Shown here: positions 37,177-38,235 of the stretch, one piece after another
Numbering within the stretch: the stretch's first letter is position 1
Layout: the number at the start of each line of letters is the position of its first letter
DNA from: a virus
Lineage: Duplodnaviria; Heunggongvirae; Uroviricota; Caudoviricetes
Strand: one strand, 5' to 3'
IMG/VR virus record: IMGVR_UViG_2563366949_000011
DNA: 38,235 bases
Notes under the pieces: generated by a model
What the model saw: only the letters and a program-made list of their open reading frames with translations
Database searches by the model: none
Told to the model about the DNA's origin: nothing
Made by a program: the position numbers and the translations under genes

Positions 37177-37460
37177 TGGTCTCCTTCGCGAAATATACGA
37201 TTATTGACTGGATAGCATTCATTCAGGTTTTGCTCATCTGGTTTTATATGGCTTACAGGAGTGGACAGTGGATTGTCAGTGTAGCCTGTAGCAATGGATG
37301 GCGTTGGTGGAACCGAAAGAATAAAAAAGCGCTGGCCTTGGCTTCGTTTTACGAAGCATTCAATCTTAACAGTCTTCAGCCTGGTTCTGTCGTTGTAGTC
37401 ACCACTCAAAGCGGCATGACGATACAAATTCACAAGCCAAAGGAGGAAGGTCGTGGCTAA
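37176..37460 (+). CDS. Hypothetical protein
   Basis: 94 aa from ATG 37176 with GCAGGAGG RBS. Confidence 0.5.
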   Translation: MVSFAKYTIIDWIAFIQVLLIWFYMAYRSGQWIVSVACSNGWRWWNRKNKKALALASFYEAFNLNSLQPGSVVVVTTQSGMTIQIHKPKEEGRG

Positions 37461-37737
37461 CCTGCAACTTGCCGTTAAAGGTGAATACTTCGATGCCATG
37501 ATTCGCGGAGAGAAAACGGAAGAGTATCGCCTGTGTAATGACTACTGGAATAAGCGAATTATGTTCCGCGAGTATGACCGCCTGATTATCACAAAGGGAT
37601 ATCCGAAGCGCGACGATTCCAGCCGCAGAATTGACGTCCCGTATGACGGATATGAAATCAAGACAATCACACATCCGCACTTCGGCGATAAACCGGTAAA
37701 GGTGTTCGCTATAAAGGTGAATATCGACAATGAATGA
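37453..37737 (+). CDS. ASCH (PUA-like) domain protein
   Basis: 94 aa, GTG start with AGGAGG RBS; LAVKGEYFDAMIRGEKTEEYR fits the ASCH pattern. Confidence 0.5.
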   Translation: MANLQLAVKGEYFDAMIRGEKTEEYRLCNDYWNKRIMFREYDRLIITKGYPKRDDSSRRIDVPYDGYEIKTITHPHFGDKPVKVFAIKVNIDNE

Positions 37738-37809
37738 TAATCCTCGCACTCGCGGGGATTTCTTTTATCTGAACTCGCTACGGCGGGTTTTGTTTTATGG
37801 AGATGATAA

Positions 37810-37977
37810 ATGCACTTCCGAGTCACAGGTGAATGGAATGGAGAGCCATTCAACAGAGTTATCGAAGCAGAGAACATCAACGACTGCTATGACCACTGGA
37901 TGCTGTGGGCGCAGATAGCACATGCAGACGTAACTAATATTCGAATTGAAGAACTGAAAGAACACCAAGCCGCCTGA
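37810..37977 (+). CDS. Small hypothetical protein (hand-called; alternative to track ORF 37730..37918)
   Basis: 55 aa from ATG 37810 with GGAG RBS: MHFRVTGEWNGEPFNRVIEAENINDCYDHWMLWAQIAHADVTNIRIEELKEHQAA; the stop TGA lies in the loop of the terminator hairpin. The overlapping 62-aa track ORF has odd composition. Confidence 0.35.
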   Translation: MHFRVTGEWNGEPFNRVIEAENINDCYDHWMLWAQIAHADVTNIRIEELKEHQAA

Positions 37978-37990
37978 TGGCGGTTTTTTA
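37969..37990 (+). terminator. Rho-independent terminator before the xis-like gene
   Basis: GCCGCC-TGAT-GGCGGT hairpin followed by TTTTTTATT. Confidence 0.65.
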
Positions 37991-38034
37991 TTGCCTGATT
38001 TGCAGGTTCGATTCCCTATTCGGAGATAGCACTC

Positions 38035-38235
38035 ATGCAACACGAACTACAACCTGATTCACTGGTTGATTTGAAATTCATCATGGCCGATACTGGCTTC
38101 GGTAAAACCTTCATCTATGACCGGATTAAGTCCGGCGACCTGCCAAAAGCCAAAGTTATCCACGGGCGAGCAAGATGGTTATATCGTGACCATTGTGAAT
38201 TCAAAAATAAGCTCTTAAGCCGCGCCAATGGGTAA
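38035..38235 (+). CDS. Excisionase-like small DNA-binding protein (AlpA/Xis family)
   Basis: 66 aa ending at the window edge with a stop; GGAG RBS; HTH-like LVDLKFIMADTGFGKTFIYDRIKSGDLPKAKVIHGRARWLYRD; last gene of the leftward early operon. Confidence 0.55.
   Translation: MQHELQPDSLVDLKFIMADTGFGKTFIYDRIKSGDLPKAKVIHGRARWLYRDHCEFKNKLLSRANG

Noticed and set aside
37730-37918. 62-aa plus-strand ORF from the track
   Set aside because: Odd composition (Cys/Gly/Arg-rich end) and overlap with a hand-called 55-aa ORF that has an RBS and ends in a terminator loop. Kept only as an alternative; neither is certain.
38001-38016. Possible attachment site or tRNA gene from the tRNA-Arg-like 16-mer
   Set aside because: Only a 16-nt T-arm-like match with no acceptor stem or anticodon arm. 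att is expected beyond the integrase, which lies outside the window. Reported as a possible relic only.

Overview
The window is almost an entire lambdoid prophage in reverse orientation (late and rightward-early genes on the minus strand, repressor and leftward-early genes on the plus strand). It is a mosaic: the virion, immI (ant/arc/mnt), C2 repressor and erf modules look like phage P22, while cII, ninB/D/F/H, the holin S, endolysin R and Rz/Rz1 closely match my recollection of phage lambda. The left end carries an endosialidase tailspike followed by heptanucleotide repeats at the 5' end of a truncated neuO-like gene, which is the arrangement described for the E. coli K1 prophage CUS-3. From left to right: neuO 5' end, tailspike, ant-arc-mnt, an accessory island (ClpP-like protease, an unknown protein plus a YafO-like toxin, a small membrane protein), ejection proteins, tail-needle/head-completion genes, coat, scaffold, portal, terminase, a T5orf172-domain moron, lysis cassette, Q-like antiterminator, nin region with a Rha/KilAC insert, DnaB-like helicase, replication initiator with internal iterons, cII, cro, OR, c2, pL/nutL, N-like gene, small early genes, erf, an SSB-like gene, ea-type genes and an excisionase-like gene at the right edge. 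Integrase and att sites are not in the window. The most interesting candidates for something undescribed are the accessory genes between mnt and the ejection-protein gene, and the T5orf172 moron. All calls rest on reading the ORF translations and the DNA by eye and on recalled protein families; no searches were run.
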